Below are positions 29,097 to 38,643 of a stretch of 64,000 nucleotides of DNA, in pieces (the first letter of the stretch is position 1; the number at the start of each line of letters is the position of its first letter). The stretch is from positions 160,001 through 224,000 of the forward strand of contig JAXMOL010000001.1 in NCBI GenBank assembly GCA_034669905.1. Direction: 5' to 3'. The position numbers and the translations under genes are program-made. The notes beneath the pieces are model-generated. The model ran no database searches. It saw nothing but the letters and a program-made list of their open reading frames with translations, and was not told the DNA's origin. Source of the DNA: Candidatus Hydrogenedentota bacterium (GTDB lineage Bacteria > Hydrogenedentota > Hydrogenedentia > Hydrogenedentales > JAEUWI01).

Positions 29097-30311
29097 ATGA
29101 AGACCTCACACCCCCTTTTCGTATCGACCCTGGCGCTCTTGTCTGGCATTGTAGGTGCCGCCCACGTCGGTGCCGCGCAACCCACTTTCGTGGATGTGGA
29201 CCCGGATTCGGGCCTCTCCGCGGCCGTCGTCGTGGAAGACAAGGCCCTGGCCCACACGACCCAACTCTACCCCCTGAATGCAGCGGGTGTGGTCGTGGGT
29301 GCTACCTTGGATGAACAATTGGGCACGGTCGTCGGCCACGTGGAAACCGCCCTGAGCGAAGTGGGATCCAAGCTGTCCCTTATCGCCCGGCTCAACGTCT
29401 ATGTAAGCAGCGACGCACTGGCCCGGGAAGTGGAGGGGCTCCTGGCGGGGAACCTGGGTCCCGACAGCCACCCGGCCTGTACGGTGGTGGTTACACCGCT
29501 GGCCGATCCCAAGGCCCTGGTGGCCCTGGATGCCGTTGCGGCCGTTGTAGATGACCGGGCACCCAAGATGGTGCTGCGGCACGCCAGCCCCAATCTTCCC
29601 CCCCGTCGCGGTGGGGCCCATGTCACGGTATTGCCCAAGGGACGTACGCTCTACATTTCCGGCATGGCCGAGTCGACCCCCGATCTGGTCAAAGCAACCG
29701 TGGGCACCATGAAGCAACTTCACCGCGTCCTGGCGCTGAACAAGACGACCGATGCCGAGGTGGTCCATCTGAAAACCTACATGAAGCCCATGTCGGAAGT
29801 GGACACCGTCGAGAAAATCATGGCCGCCTACTATCCGGACAGCCCCGCGCCGGGTATGAGCTATGTGGAATGGCGCAACGGTCTGCCCATTGAAATCGAA
29901 TTGATTGCCCACCTCCCCACCCCCGGCGATGGCACGGAAACCGTGGCACTGCGTTGGCAGCCCGAGGAAAAACGTTCTCCCGTGTATTGCCGCTTCGCCG
30001 TGGTGGACAGCCCGACCCGAATCTACACCAAGGGTTTTCTCGCGGAAGAAGCGAGCGATGCAAACAGCCAGATTCACAGCATCTACCGTCAGTTGACCGA
30101 CGTCATCACCCCGCTGGGCAGCGATCTGCGCCACCTGGTCAAGGCGACCTATTACCATTCGGCCGATGACACGAGCGTGGCGCTGAATGAAATCCGCCCC
30201 GAATACTACGACCCCGAGCGCCCGCCAGCCGCCTCCAAGGCGCTCATCACGGGCACCGGGGACGCGAAGCGCAGCATGCTTATCGACATGATTGCCGTAC
30301 CCAAACCCTGA
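29097..30311 (+). CDS. Exported protein with three tandem RidA/YjgF-like domains
   Basis: Signal peptide; three repeats with 'IARLNVYV', 'VVHLKTYM', 'LVKATYY' and ends 'VALDAVA', 'IEIELIA', 'MLIDMIA'. Confidence 0.75.
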   Translation: MKTSHPLFVSTLALLSGIVGAAHVGAAQPTFVDVDPDSGLSAAVVVEDKALAHTTQLYPLNAAGVVVGATLDEQLGTVVGHVETALSEVGSKLSLIARLNVYVSSDALAREVEGLLAGNLGPDSHPACTVVVTPLADPKALVALDAVAAVVDDRAPKMVLRHASPNLPPRRGGAHVTVLPKGRTLYISGMAESTPDLVKATVGTMKQLHRVLALNKTTDAEVVHLKTYMKPMSEVDTVEKIMAAYYPDSPAPGMSYVEWRNGLPIEIELIAHLPTPGDGTETVALRWQPEEKRSPVYCRFAVVDSPTRIYTKGFLAEEASDANSQIHSIYRQLTDVITPLGSDLRHLVKATYYHSADDTSVALNEIRPEYYDPERPPAASKALITGTGDAKRSMLIDMIAVPKP

Positions 30312-30347
30312 TTTCATGCCCGTCGTCGTGGGGGTGCGGACGGCTAT

Positions 30348-31514
30348 TCAGTCCGCACCCACCACACGCCGGTAAATCTCCAGATGTCCTTGGGCACTCT
30401 CCGCCCAGGAAGGGCCCGCGTGCTCTCCCCCACCCCCGACCACTTCCTCGGATTCGAGCAGGGCCACCAATGCCCGCGCCAACGCTGCGGGATCCTGGGG
30501 TGGCACACAGTAGCGCGCATCGTGATGCACCAGTTCGGGCAATCCCCCGGTTTCCGTCACGAGGAGTGGCCTCCCAAAACCCAGGGCCTGCGCACCGACC
30601 GCACTCTGGGCATCGAAATGGGTGTAGGGCAGCACGACCAATCGGGCCGCCGCGAAATAATGGGGCACCGCAGTTTCCGGGACGTAGTCCAGCACGCAAC
30701 GCACGTGGTCACCCAAACCCCGCTCCGTGATGATGGTTTCGTAGGGTGTCCAGGCCCCCCAAGGCTTCCCTGCGATGACCAGCAGCACATCGGGGTGGGT
30801 GCGGCGCACCGTATCGAGGGCCTCCAAGAGCACGGCCACCCCTTTGTAGGGTCGGATTATCCCAAAAAACAAGAGGATAGGACGCACCGCAGATAATCCA
30901 AGCGTCCTGCAGGCTTCCTCCCGACCTGGCAACGCGGTCGTGCTTTTCGTAATACCCATGGGCACGTGGGAACTCCGATCCGATGGGATGGCGTAGTCCG
31001 TTTGTAGTTGCCGTAGGTTGGCGTCACTGTGCACCACGATATGACCTGCCAGGGCATAAATCATCCGGCTTGCCCACCGGAAGGGCCAACTCGGTTCGTG
31101 GGGCCGCACATTGTGGGCCGTCACCACGACCGGGATTCCGCGAAGGCGGGCAACGAGGGCAAAGACCACACACACCGGCGTGAGTGCCAGACTCCACCAT
31201 TGGATATGGAGCACCTCGCTACGCAGTCGAAAGGCCTCGATAAGCCACCCGACCGGGTTGTACCAGACGAGCGCATGCCGCAGCACCAACCCGTCCGCTG
31301 CCGGTGCCGCAACGGTGGGATCCATGACCTGGGAGACGCCGGGAAAGAGCCAGGAAGGATACATCGCGCGAAACCCCAATGCGTCCACAGGGGTGCGCGC
31401 CGCCAAGGCCTCGGCCAGGGCACCGCAGTATCCGGAAACACCCTGGGTCTGGGGCGGGAAGGAGCCAAGCAGGGTGACGGAAGGGGGTGGTATTTTGCGG
31501 GTCGTGTTCGGCAC
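30348..31514 (-). CDS. Glycosyltransferase family 4
   Basis: 'LFFGIIRPYKG', 'VVLPYTHFDAQSAV', 'TETGGLPELV'. Confidence 0.88.
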   Translation of the reverse strand: MPNTTRKIPPPSVTLLGSFPPQTQGVSGYCGALAEALAARTPVDALGFRAMYPSWLFPGVSQVMDPTVAAPAADGLVLRHALVWYNPVGWLIEAFRLRSEVLHIQWWSLALTPVCVVFALVARLRGIPVVVTAHNVRPHEPSWPFRWASRMIYALAGHIVVHSDANLRQLQTDYAIPSDRSSHVPMGITKSTTALPGREEACRTLGLSAVRPILLFFGIIRPYKGVAVLLEALDTVRRTHPDVLLVIAGKPWGAWTPYETIITERGLGDHVRCVLDYVPETAVPHYFAAARLVVLPYTHFDAQSAVGAQALGFGRPLLVTETGGLPELVHHDARYCVPPQDPAALARALVALLESEEVVGGGGEHAGPSWAESAQGHLEIYRRVVGAD

Positions 31515-31526
31515 GGAAAGGGGCGC

Positions 31527-32321
31527 CTACCCGAGGACGGCCTGCATCTCCGCCCATTGGGCCCGTCCCACCTCTTTGATACGTTCGTCGGGCCACGTCT
31601 CGAGCTTGGAATAGCAGGGGTGTTCATGTTCTTTGTAGGGGTTGTTCCGCGCCGCGTTGTAACAGCAAATGAGGGACCAGCGGGGGTTGTCGCTCAGGTT
31701 GGCGTCAGAACGATGGAGCACGTTGCTGTGGAACCAGAAGGCGTCGCCCGGCTCCAACTCGCAATACACCACTTCCATACGCTCCAGAATCTTTTCCATG
31801 CGCTCCAGGTCGGCACCGGTCTGGTTGCCGACGACCCCGTGATTGATGCGGCCCAGGTGATGGGAACCCGGAATCGCCTGGAGACAGCCATTGGCCTTCG
31901 TCGCGGCGTCAATACCGATGAGACAGCTGGCCATGAGGGGGTAAAGGCAGCCGTTGTTGTACCAGTAGCCATAATCCTGGTGCCATTCCCAGGCCCCGCC
32001 GACCTTCGGCTCTTTCAGCATCATCTTATGGTGATAGTGATAGACCTCGCCCCCCAGCAGTTGCTCCATGGGGATAACCATTTTCTCTGAACGGACGATG
32101 GCACTGTACATGTCGTCTTCGAGGGTGTTGCAGACCGTCAGCCGGGTGGTAAACCCATCGGCATCCACCCGATCGATGGCGCCACTGGCGATGGCCTGAT
32201 CGGTTTTGGCGATGTTATAGAGCAGCCCTACTTCTTCGGAATCGAAATAGCCCTTCTTGAGCAAACATCCGGTTTCCTCGAACTCCGCCACCTCTTCGGC
32301 ACTCAACCTCGCGTCACGCAT
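31527..32321 (-). CDS. Phytanoyl-CoA dioxygenase family Fe/2OG hydroxylase (proline 4-hydroxylase/ectoine hydroxylase-like)
   Basis: 'HHKMMLKEPKVGGAWEWHQDYGYW' (HxD), 'NGCLQAIPGSH', 'FHSNVLHRS'. Confidence 0.88.
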   Translation of the reverse strand: MRDARLSAEEVAEFEETGCLLKKGYFDSEEVGLLYNIAKTDQAIASGAIDRVDADGFTTRLTVCNTLEDDMYSAIVRSEKMVIPMEQLLGGEVYHYHHKMMLKEPKVGGAWEWHQDYGYWYNNGCLYPLMASCLIGIDAATKANGCLQAIPGSHHLGRINHGVVGNQTGADLERMEKILERMEVVYCELEPGDAFWFHSNVLHRSDANLSDNPRWSLICCYNAARNNPYKEHEHPCYSKLETWPDERIKEVGRAQWAEMQAVLG

Positions 32322-32497
32322 ACTGTCACCTCACTGTTAGCTTCGGGGGATTTTCCATAGTATTGACGAATCGGCTGGAGAACTTCCAGCAGTAGTCTTA
32401 GTTTACTTCATTGGCTCAGTTTCGTATCATAACCCGCTGTGGGAGTAACGGGGTGGAATGTAGTGGTGCTCCCTGGACCTCTTTGCAGGGGAGTGCA

Positions 32498-35293
32498 ATG
32501 CGATCGGTACGAGTTCTTTTGCCCATAGCCCTCATGGCCTTGATAACGGGGGCCCTGGGCACGGTATGGATCCTCTCAGACTACTACAATCGAAAGAATA
32601 CCGAGCAGCTCGCAACACGCATTCAGCAGGAGCTCGCCCACCGCATCCATGCGCGGGTCAGCGCGGTCATGGCCACTCCCCATCGGCTGAACGCGACCAT
32701 GGCCCAAATCCTTCGCCCGGAATCCATCGACGCCTCACGGGCCGACACCCTCAACCATTACTTTCGCGCTGTGCTCAGTTCCTACCCCTACCAGAACGCC
32801 GTCTTCCTGGGGGCGCCCGATGGGGCCATGTATGGCGCCCGCTGGTCCACGGATCACCAGCATTGCGAAGTGATGATCGGCAATGCAGATACAGATGGAA
32901 CGCTGTCGTACTACCAGGTCGATCGTGACGGCAAACCGACCACCCTGGTGGAGCGTGCCGAAAACTACGACCCCCGGAAACGGACGTGGTATCAGGAGGC
33001 CCTCGCGGCGGATAAACCCGTGTGGAGCCCCATTTACCTCGATTTCGTCACGGAAAACCTGGTGATGACGGCGGCCCAACCCCTCTACACGTCGGACGGG
33101 GTCTGTTTGGGGGTGCTGGGCACGGGCATCCAGTTTCAGCAAATCGATCAGTTTCTCCATGCGCTGGAAGTGGGCACAACGGGCATCGCGTACCTCATGG
33201 AACGGGATGGCACCCTGATCAGCGCCTCGACGCCCGACCCATCGGTGCGCCTTGCGGGAACGCCCCCCCAACGATTGGCCGCCCACGAAAGTCCCAATGC
33301 CCTGATTCGGCAGAGTGCAACGCAACTCGCCGAGCGTTTTGGCGCCATCGGGAATATTACCCGCACCGAAGCGGTGCCCATCTCCTTGGCAGATGGTATG
33401 GCCCTGGGCAGTGTCTTTCTCATTGGGGACGGCGCCGGCCTGGACTGGCTCGGGGTTATTGTCGTTCCCGAGTCGGACTACATGGCGGGCGTGGCGGAAA
33501 AGAATAAGGCCGCCCTTCTTGCGGTGTTGATGGTCGCATTGAGTGCCCTGCTGGCAGGTCTGGTATCCGCGCGCTTCCTGACGGGTCCCCTTACCCAACT
33601 GGCCCGAGCCACGGAGGGGATTGCCCGCGGGTCCTGGGACGCCCCCCTGGATGTACACCGCCGGGATGAATTTGGTGCCCTGGCCCGGGCTTTCGACGCG
33701 ATGCGGAACCAGCTCCGGCGGCGTATCGACGAACTCCAATCAACTCGCAACGCCCTCATAGAGAGCGAGGCCCGCTATGCCCGGGCCCAGGAAGCGGCAC
33801 GGGTGGTCACGTGGTACTGGAGTCTGGAACAAGAAACAATCCGCTGGACCGAGCAGGTGAACCCCATCCTGGTGGAGAATCCCGGGGAACACTGCATGTC
33901 CCCCCAGGAATACCTGGAAATTATCCATCCGGAAGATCGGGATTATGTGGCGACCTGTGCGGAAGAGGCCATCGCCGGGGCCTCTGAGTTCGATGTCGAG
34001 TATCGGCTGAACCGTGACGACGGTGCCACCCGCTGGGTCACCTCGAAGGGCGACGTGCTTCGCTCGGAAGACAACATTCCCATTGCGTTTACCGGGGTCT
34101 TGCTCGACATTTCCGAACGAAAGCGGCTGGAAGCCCAGTTGCGGGAAGCGCAAAAAATGGATGCGGTCGGCCGGCTGGCGGGCGGTGTCGCCCATGACTT
34201 TAACAATCTGCTGCAGGCCATCCTTGGATTCGCGGAGCTCGCTCGGGATGCCACGCCAGAATCCGATCCCGTCCATCAGGACCTGTCGGAAATCATCCAG
34301 GCGGGCAATCGGGCAACGGAACTCGTGGGCCAGTTGCTCGCCTTCAGCCGACGGCAGATGCTGAAGTTGGGCAACATCGAGCTGCGGGACGTGGTGCGGG
34401 ACATGGGCAAACTGCTCGGACGTCTCATTGACGAGACGATTGTACTTCGGGTGGAATTTGAGGCCCAGGACGCCGTGATTCGTGCCGACCGAAGTCAGGT
34501 CGAACAGGTGCTCATTAATTTGTGTATCAATGCGCGGGATGCCATGCCCGATGGGGGCACCCTGACGATTGCCATCAGCTCCCGGGCCCTGAGTGTCGAC
34601 GATTGCGCCACCCGGCCCTGGGCGCAGCCGGGAGACTACCACATTCTACGAGTCACCGATTCGGGCTGCGGGATGAGCCCCGAGATTCAGGCCGTCGTGT
34701 TTGAGCCCTTTTTCACCACCAAAGACGTGGGCAAGGGCACGGGACTTGGGCTGGCCACCGTGTACGGCATCGTGGAGCAGCACAAAGGGCTTCTCCACGT
34801 CACGAGCGCGCCGGGTGAAGGCACCACCTTTGAAATCTATTTTCCCGCCGCGGAAGGGCTGCCCACTACGAGCGTTGACGAAGCCCCCATCGCTGTTCCC
34901 CGCGGCGGAGAGACCATCCTCATCGCGGAAGACGACAGCGCGGTGCGCCAGCTGGCCAGCCGTATTCTTACCCAGGCCGGCTACACCGTGATGGCGGCAC
35001 GAGACGGACTCGACGCCGTCACGCTATTCGACGCGCACCGCGACGAAATCGGAGCGGCCTTTCTCGACGTCGTCATGCCCGGAAAAAGTGGCCGGGCCGT
35101 ATTCGAGCACATCCGCAAGGTCGCGCCGGAACTCCCCATCATGTTCGCCAGCGGCTATGCCGAAGGCCCGGTACACACGGACTTCATCCTCGAGAACGAC
35201 CTGAAGCTCATCAAGAAGCCCTACACGCCGCAGATTGTGCTCGCATCGCTCTATGAGATTCTGCATATCAACGACGACGGACCGCGGCGCTAA
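32498..35293 (+). CDS. Hybrid sensor histidine kinase (Cache-HAMP-PAS-HisKA-HATPase-REC)
   Basis: 'YDPRKRTWY' (Cache), 'RRDEFGALARAFDAM' (HAMP), 'IHPEDR' (PAS), 'AGGVAHDFNNLL', 'FEPFFTTK..GKGTGLGL', 'ILIAEDD', 'DVVMP'. Confidence 0.93.
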   Translation: MRSVRVLLPIALMALITGALGTVWILSDYYNRKNTEQLATRIQQELAHRIHARVSAVMATPHRLNATMAQILRPESIDASRADTLNHYFRAVLSSYPYQNAVFLGAPDGAMYGARWSTDHQHCEVMIGNADTDGTLSYYQVDRDGKPTTLVERAENYDPRKRTWYQEALAADKPVWSPIYLDFVTENLVMTAAQPLYTSDGVCLGVLGTGIQFQQIDQFLHALEVGTTGIAYLMERDGTLISASTPDPSVRLAGTPPQRLAAHESPNALIRQSATQLAERFGAIGNITRTEAVPISLADGMALGSVFLIGDGAGLDWLGVIVVPESDYMAGVAEKNKAALLAVLMVALSALLAGLVSARFLTGPLTQLARATEGIARGSWDAPLDVHRRDEFGALARAFDAMRNQLRRRIDELQSTRNALIESEARYARAQEAARVVTWYWSLEQETIRWTEQVNPILVENPGEHCMSPQEYLEIIHPEDRDYVATCAEEAIAGASEFDVEYRLNRDDGATRWVTSKGDVLRSEDNIPIAFTGVLLDISERKRLEAQLREAQKMDAVGRLAGGVAHDFNNLLQAILGFAELARDATPESDPVHQDLSEIIQAGNRATELVGQLLAFSRRQMLKLGNIELRDVVRDMGKLLGRLIDETIVLRVEFEAQDAVIRADRSQVEQVLINLCINARDAMPDGGTLTIAISSRALSVDDCATRPWAQPGDYHILRVTDSGCGMSPEIQAVVFEPFFTTKDVGKGTGLGLATVYGIVEQHKGLLHVTSAPGEGTTFEIYFPAAEGLPTTSVDEAPIAVPRGGETILIAEDDSAVRQLASRILTQAGYTVMAARDGLDAVTLFDAHRDEIGAAFLDVVMPGKSGRAVFEHIRKVAPELPIMFASGYAEGPVHTDFILENDLKLIKKPYTPQIVLASLYEILHINDDGPRR

Positions 35294-35296
35294 CAA

Positions 35297-35340
35297 GAAA
35301 AGCCCCGCATCTTGCTCAGGTGCAACATACGGGGCTTTTC
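35297..35340. terminator. Bidirectional terminator
   Basis: GAAAAGCCCCG...CGGGGCTTTTC between convergent genes. Confidence 0.75.
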
Positions 35341-35354
35341 GGTGACTCAGCATA

Positions 35355-36311
35355 TCAGTTACATTCGGGCTCCAGCGGACCGGCAAGATCCTCCAGGTAG
35401 AACAGACGTCCCGGCAGCGTCGGCATATAGGTACTCGGGATCCAGGAGGTGGGCTTGTGGTGGAGGCTCATCCAGAGCGACATGCCCTGCCACATCATTC
35501 CCCGGCCCAGCGTGCCGTCGCAGCCGCCAATAATGCGGTTGGACATGAGGAAGAGTCCCGGCCCCACGGTGTTCGCGCGGGTGGGCACGAGGGTCGTCCG
35601 GCTCTTGAAGCTGGTGATGGCATTTTGCTCCACCGTCAAGGCACATAATTGGGCACCCAGGCGGTAGTCGGCTTTCTTCCATGCCGCCTCCGTCTTGTAT
35701 TCGGCGGCAAAGTGGGGTTCCCAGAAAGCGATGTGGCAGGCGCGCCCAATGCCAAACACGGTAACGAGATCGGCTCCCTTCTTTTTCAGGGCGCGGATTT
35801 TCTCACCGTACTTCGGGAGGTTCTGCTTCGTCGCGAAGTTCCGTTGCTTTTTCGGCACCGTCAACTTGCCAAGGGGACCATAGAAGGCCGCTTCCATCGC
35901 GTTTTGGAAGGCACCCGGATCGTTGGAGGGTAAGGTCTTCCCTTTTTCGTCGCTCCACTCGTCCATATTGAATCCGTGGACGTGTTTACAATCGACTTTC
36001 CATTCTTTCAGAAAGTAGACCGCCCAGCGATACATTCCCATGGGCCCGACCGGAAGAATAAAGGCGATTTGTTTCTTCTTCATCTTCGCTTCGAGAATCG
36101 CCAAGGCGATTTCGTGGCCCATCATGGTGTCGAAGTCTTCGAGCGTTGCACAAGGCACAGGCTCAAACTTCTTGTTCCACCACTTTTCCGGTTTGGTCAA
36201 CGTCTCCGGTTTTCTGCCACACAATTTGTCGATAGCGGCAAGATCCCACCCTTCCGGGAAAAATCCTTCCAGCAGCGACCCTTTAATGGTGCTCATAAGA
36301 TTGATAGCCAT
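35355..36311 (-). CDS. Glucosamine-6-phosphate isomerase/deaminase-like (NagB superfamily) protein
   Basis: '[11 protein letters not shown]', 'HGFNMDEW', '[14 protein letters not shown]'. Confidence 0.75.
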   Translation of the reverse strand: MAINLMSTIKGSLLEGFFPEGWDLAAIDKLCGRKPETLTKPEKWWNKKFEPVPCATLEDFDTMMGHEIALAILEAKMKKKQIAFILPVGPMGMYRWAVYFLKEWKVDCKHVHGFNMDEWSDEKGKTLPSNDPGAFQNAMEAAFYGPLGKLTVPKKQRNFATKQNLPKYGEKIRALKKKGADLVTVFGIGRACHIAFWEPHFAAEYKTEAAWKKADYRLGAQLCALTVEQNAITSFKSRTTLVPTRANTVGPGLFLMSNRIIGGCDGTLGRGMMWQGMSLWMSLHHKPTSWIPSTYMPTLPGRLFYLEDLAGPLEPECN

Positions 36312-36447
36312 ACGCGTCAAGTCCTTCCGCATTCTGCACTCTGCTTCGATTCCTTCGAAGGCGCACGCATCGTCGAGCGCGCCCGAATACCTCCATCATA
36401 ATGAATGCAATGCCCTGTTTAAAACTTGTGTTGCAGGGACGAAACGA

Positions 36448-36474
36448 AGGCCCGCTGGAGAATCCAACGGGCCT
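36448..36474 (-). terminator. Hairpin downstream of the histone-like gene
   Basis: AGGCCCGCTGGA-GAA-TCCAACGGGCCT, followed by TCGTTT on the minus strand. Confidence 0.55.
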
Positions 36475-36554
36475 CGCTCAAAAACGCGCAAACGATCCGA
36501 TGGCTGATACACCAACCACCTGAATCGATTACGGTACAGGACCTATATAACGGG

Positions 36555-37124
36555 CTACTTTTTCTTAGAAGCGGCCTTCTTCTTGGCAGCCTTCTTTTTA
36601 GCAGCAGGCTTCTTCGTAGCGGCCTTCTTCTTGGCAGCAGGCTTCTTCGCGGCCGCCTTCTTCTTGGCAGCAGGTTTCTTCGCAGCGGCCTTCTTCTTGG
36701 CAGCAGGCTTCTTCGCGGCCGCCTTCTTCTTGGCAGCAGGTTTCTTCGCGGCGGCCTTCTTCTTAGCAGCAGGCTTCTTCGCGGCGGCCTTCTTCTTAGC
36801 AGCAGGTTTCTTCGCAGCGGCCTTCTTCTTGGCAGCAGGCTTCTTCGCGGCGGCCTTCTTCTTAGCAGCGGGCTTCTTCGCGGCCGCCTTCTTCTTGGCA
36901 GCAGGCTTCTTCGCGGCGGCCTTCTTCTTAGCAGCGGGCTTCTTCGCGGCCGCCTTCTTCTTGGCAGCAGGCTTCTTCGCGGCCGCCTTCTTCTTCGCGG
37001 CGGGCTTCTTCGCAGCCGCCTTCTTCTTCGCGGCGGGCTTCTTCGCCGCTACCTTCTTCTTGGCAGCAGGCTTCTTCTTCGCTGCTGCCTTCTTCTTGGC
37101 AGCAGGCTTCTTCGCAGCGACCAT
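36555..37124 (-). CDS. Histone H1-like Lys/Ala/Pro-rich repeat protein (Hc2/AlgP-like)
   Basis: AAGGAG RBS; about 16 tandem [11 protein letters not shown] units (33-bp period with synonymous variation). Confidence 0.85.
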   Translation of the reverse strand: MVAAKKPAAKKKAAAKKKPAAKKKVAAKKPAAKKKAAAKKPAAKKKAAAKKPAAKKKAAAKKPAAKKKAAAKKPAAKKKAAAKKPAAKKKAAAKKPAAKKKAAAKKPAAKKKAAAKKPAAKKKAAAKKPAAKKKAAAKKPAAKKKAAAKKPAAKKKAAAKKPAAKKKAATKKPAAKKKAAKKKAASKKK

Positions 37125-38643
37125 GTCATTTCTCCTTTTCTTACTTCACCGTAGTACCACTTAATCGATGGCAAATACCGTTCGGCAACGGGCCGAATCG
37201 TGCCAGCCTTCCGGTTTCCGCGAAGCGGAAGGACATTTGAGCAGGCGCACGTCCTGCGGTAGTGACTGTTGGTGGGCAGCACGAATTCAAGGGGAAGAAT
37301 TCTGTCTGCCGATTAGATGAAAAGAATGTGCTAGCGAACTGCTTGAATCGCTTTGGCACCGGGCTCTCCCAGCCCTTTCGAAACATGGTCCGTAGTTCTG
37401 CTCCGTTGTAAGTTCATCGCCGATCGGCGCGGTAACGATGACCGGTTGCGATGGAGTAACACGAAACGAACCATGTTCTAACGTTGCGAATTCAAATTTC
37501 CTCTTACGATTGTGTAACAGACAACGGGCGAAAAGGCAAGTGTTTTTTCAAAAGAGATCGAAAATTTTCATTCGAAACACGCCGTAACATGCCCGCAATA
37601 CCGTTACCTACGTGCTGCCTTGCTATCCCATTTGTATACTGTGGCACGCCACGATCCGCCCACAGAAACGTCGCGCTACTCCGGTGCGATGACGCCGTCG
37701 CGGGCACCCGGCAAGGACGCTCCTGGTACGGGGCCGCCCCCCGTTTCCAGCGACTATTCCCTGCTTCTTCTCCGTGTTTGCTGGAAGACTCCACGCCTTC
37801 AAGAAAGGTTTAGCCGCCCAACGCATGCGCCGCTTTTGGTCAATCCAATCTCGCCAACACCCTTTATTTACAGGCCTTTTGCAACAATCCATCGCAACAA
37901 TTTAATCTCACCTTCGTGCAGGGCCACTGCATGTCCGCGTGCCACGGTCGCCTTTTCACTGGTTGTTTTCTTGCGATGCAAAGCGCGGGTCCATTCGGTG
38001 CGAAACGCCCTCAAGCGCGATGGGCAGTGCTGAAAAACAGGTCGTGCACGACACCAACGTGCAAGGCTGGTTCTTACCTTTTCGATGCGTTGCCGAAGCA
38101 CGTCACAGGACGCGCCGCGCAACAATAAAAACTTCCTGAAAAATATTTTTTCGCCGAAGCTGTGCGATGACGCAAATCGGACCCGAGAACGCAGAAGCGA
38201 TACGAAGGAAACGAAGCATTCGAAACCGTGGAGAGACAGACCACACGCAGATTGATGCGGCACCTGTGTCCCCCCTTCGACCGCGATGATGAAGCCCCGT
38301 CAGTCGTCCGAGAAAAAGAAGATACACGTCTTCCATCGTCCTGATTGGCACCGTGAACGGTCACTCCGCGGACCAGGTGTTTTCTCGCTGGTCACGGTCA
38401 CGTGCAACGCGGAAGTGCGGTCGGCAGAAATGACACCCCTGGCCACACTGCCCGCCGATCAGCATTCGAAAATCCGTGGCGTCCTGGTAAAGGCGGGACT
38501 GCCAGCCCGGCGGGCAATTTTGCAGCCCGGGAAGGGTTTGGAGGCCGCCCCGCATGAAGAACGCGACGTGGTGCACTACCACGCCGCGTTCGATGGACAT
38601 CAGGGCTATTGGTCGGGCGATACTACCCGTTGGATGGGCCAAT

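Noticed and set aside
36555..37124. 33-bp periodic repeat as a possible CRISPR array
   Set aside because: The tandem repeats are contiguous and coding, with no unique spacers, and there are no cas genes.
36426..37164. Plus-strand repetitive ORFs ([10 protein letters not shown]... and [10 protein letters not shown]...)
   Set aside because: These are antisense shadows of the Lys/Ala/Pro repeat gene, which has the RBS.
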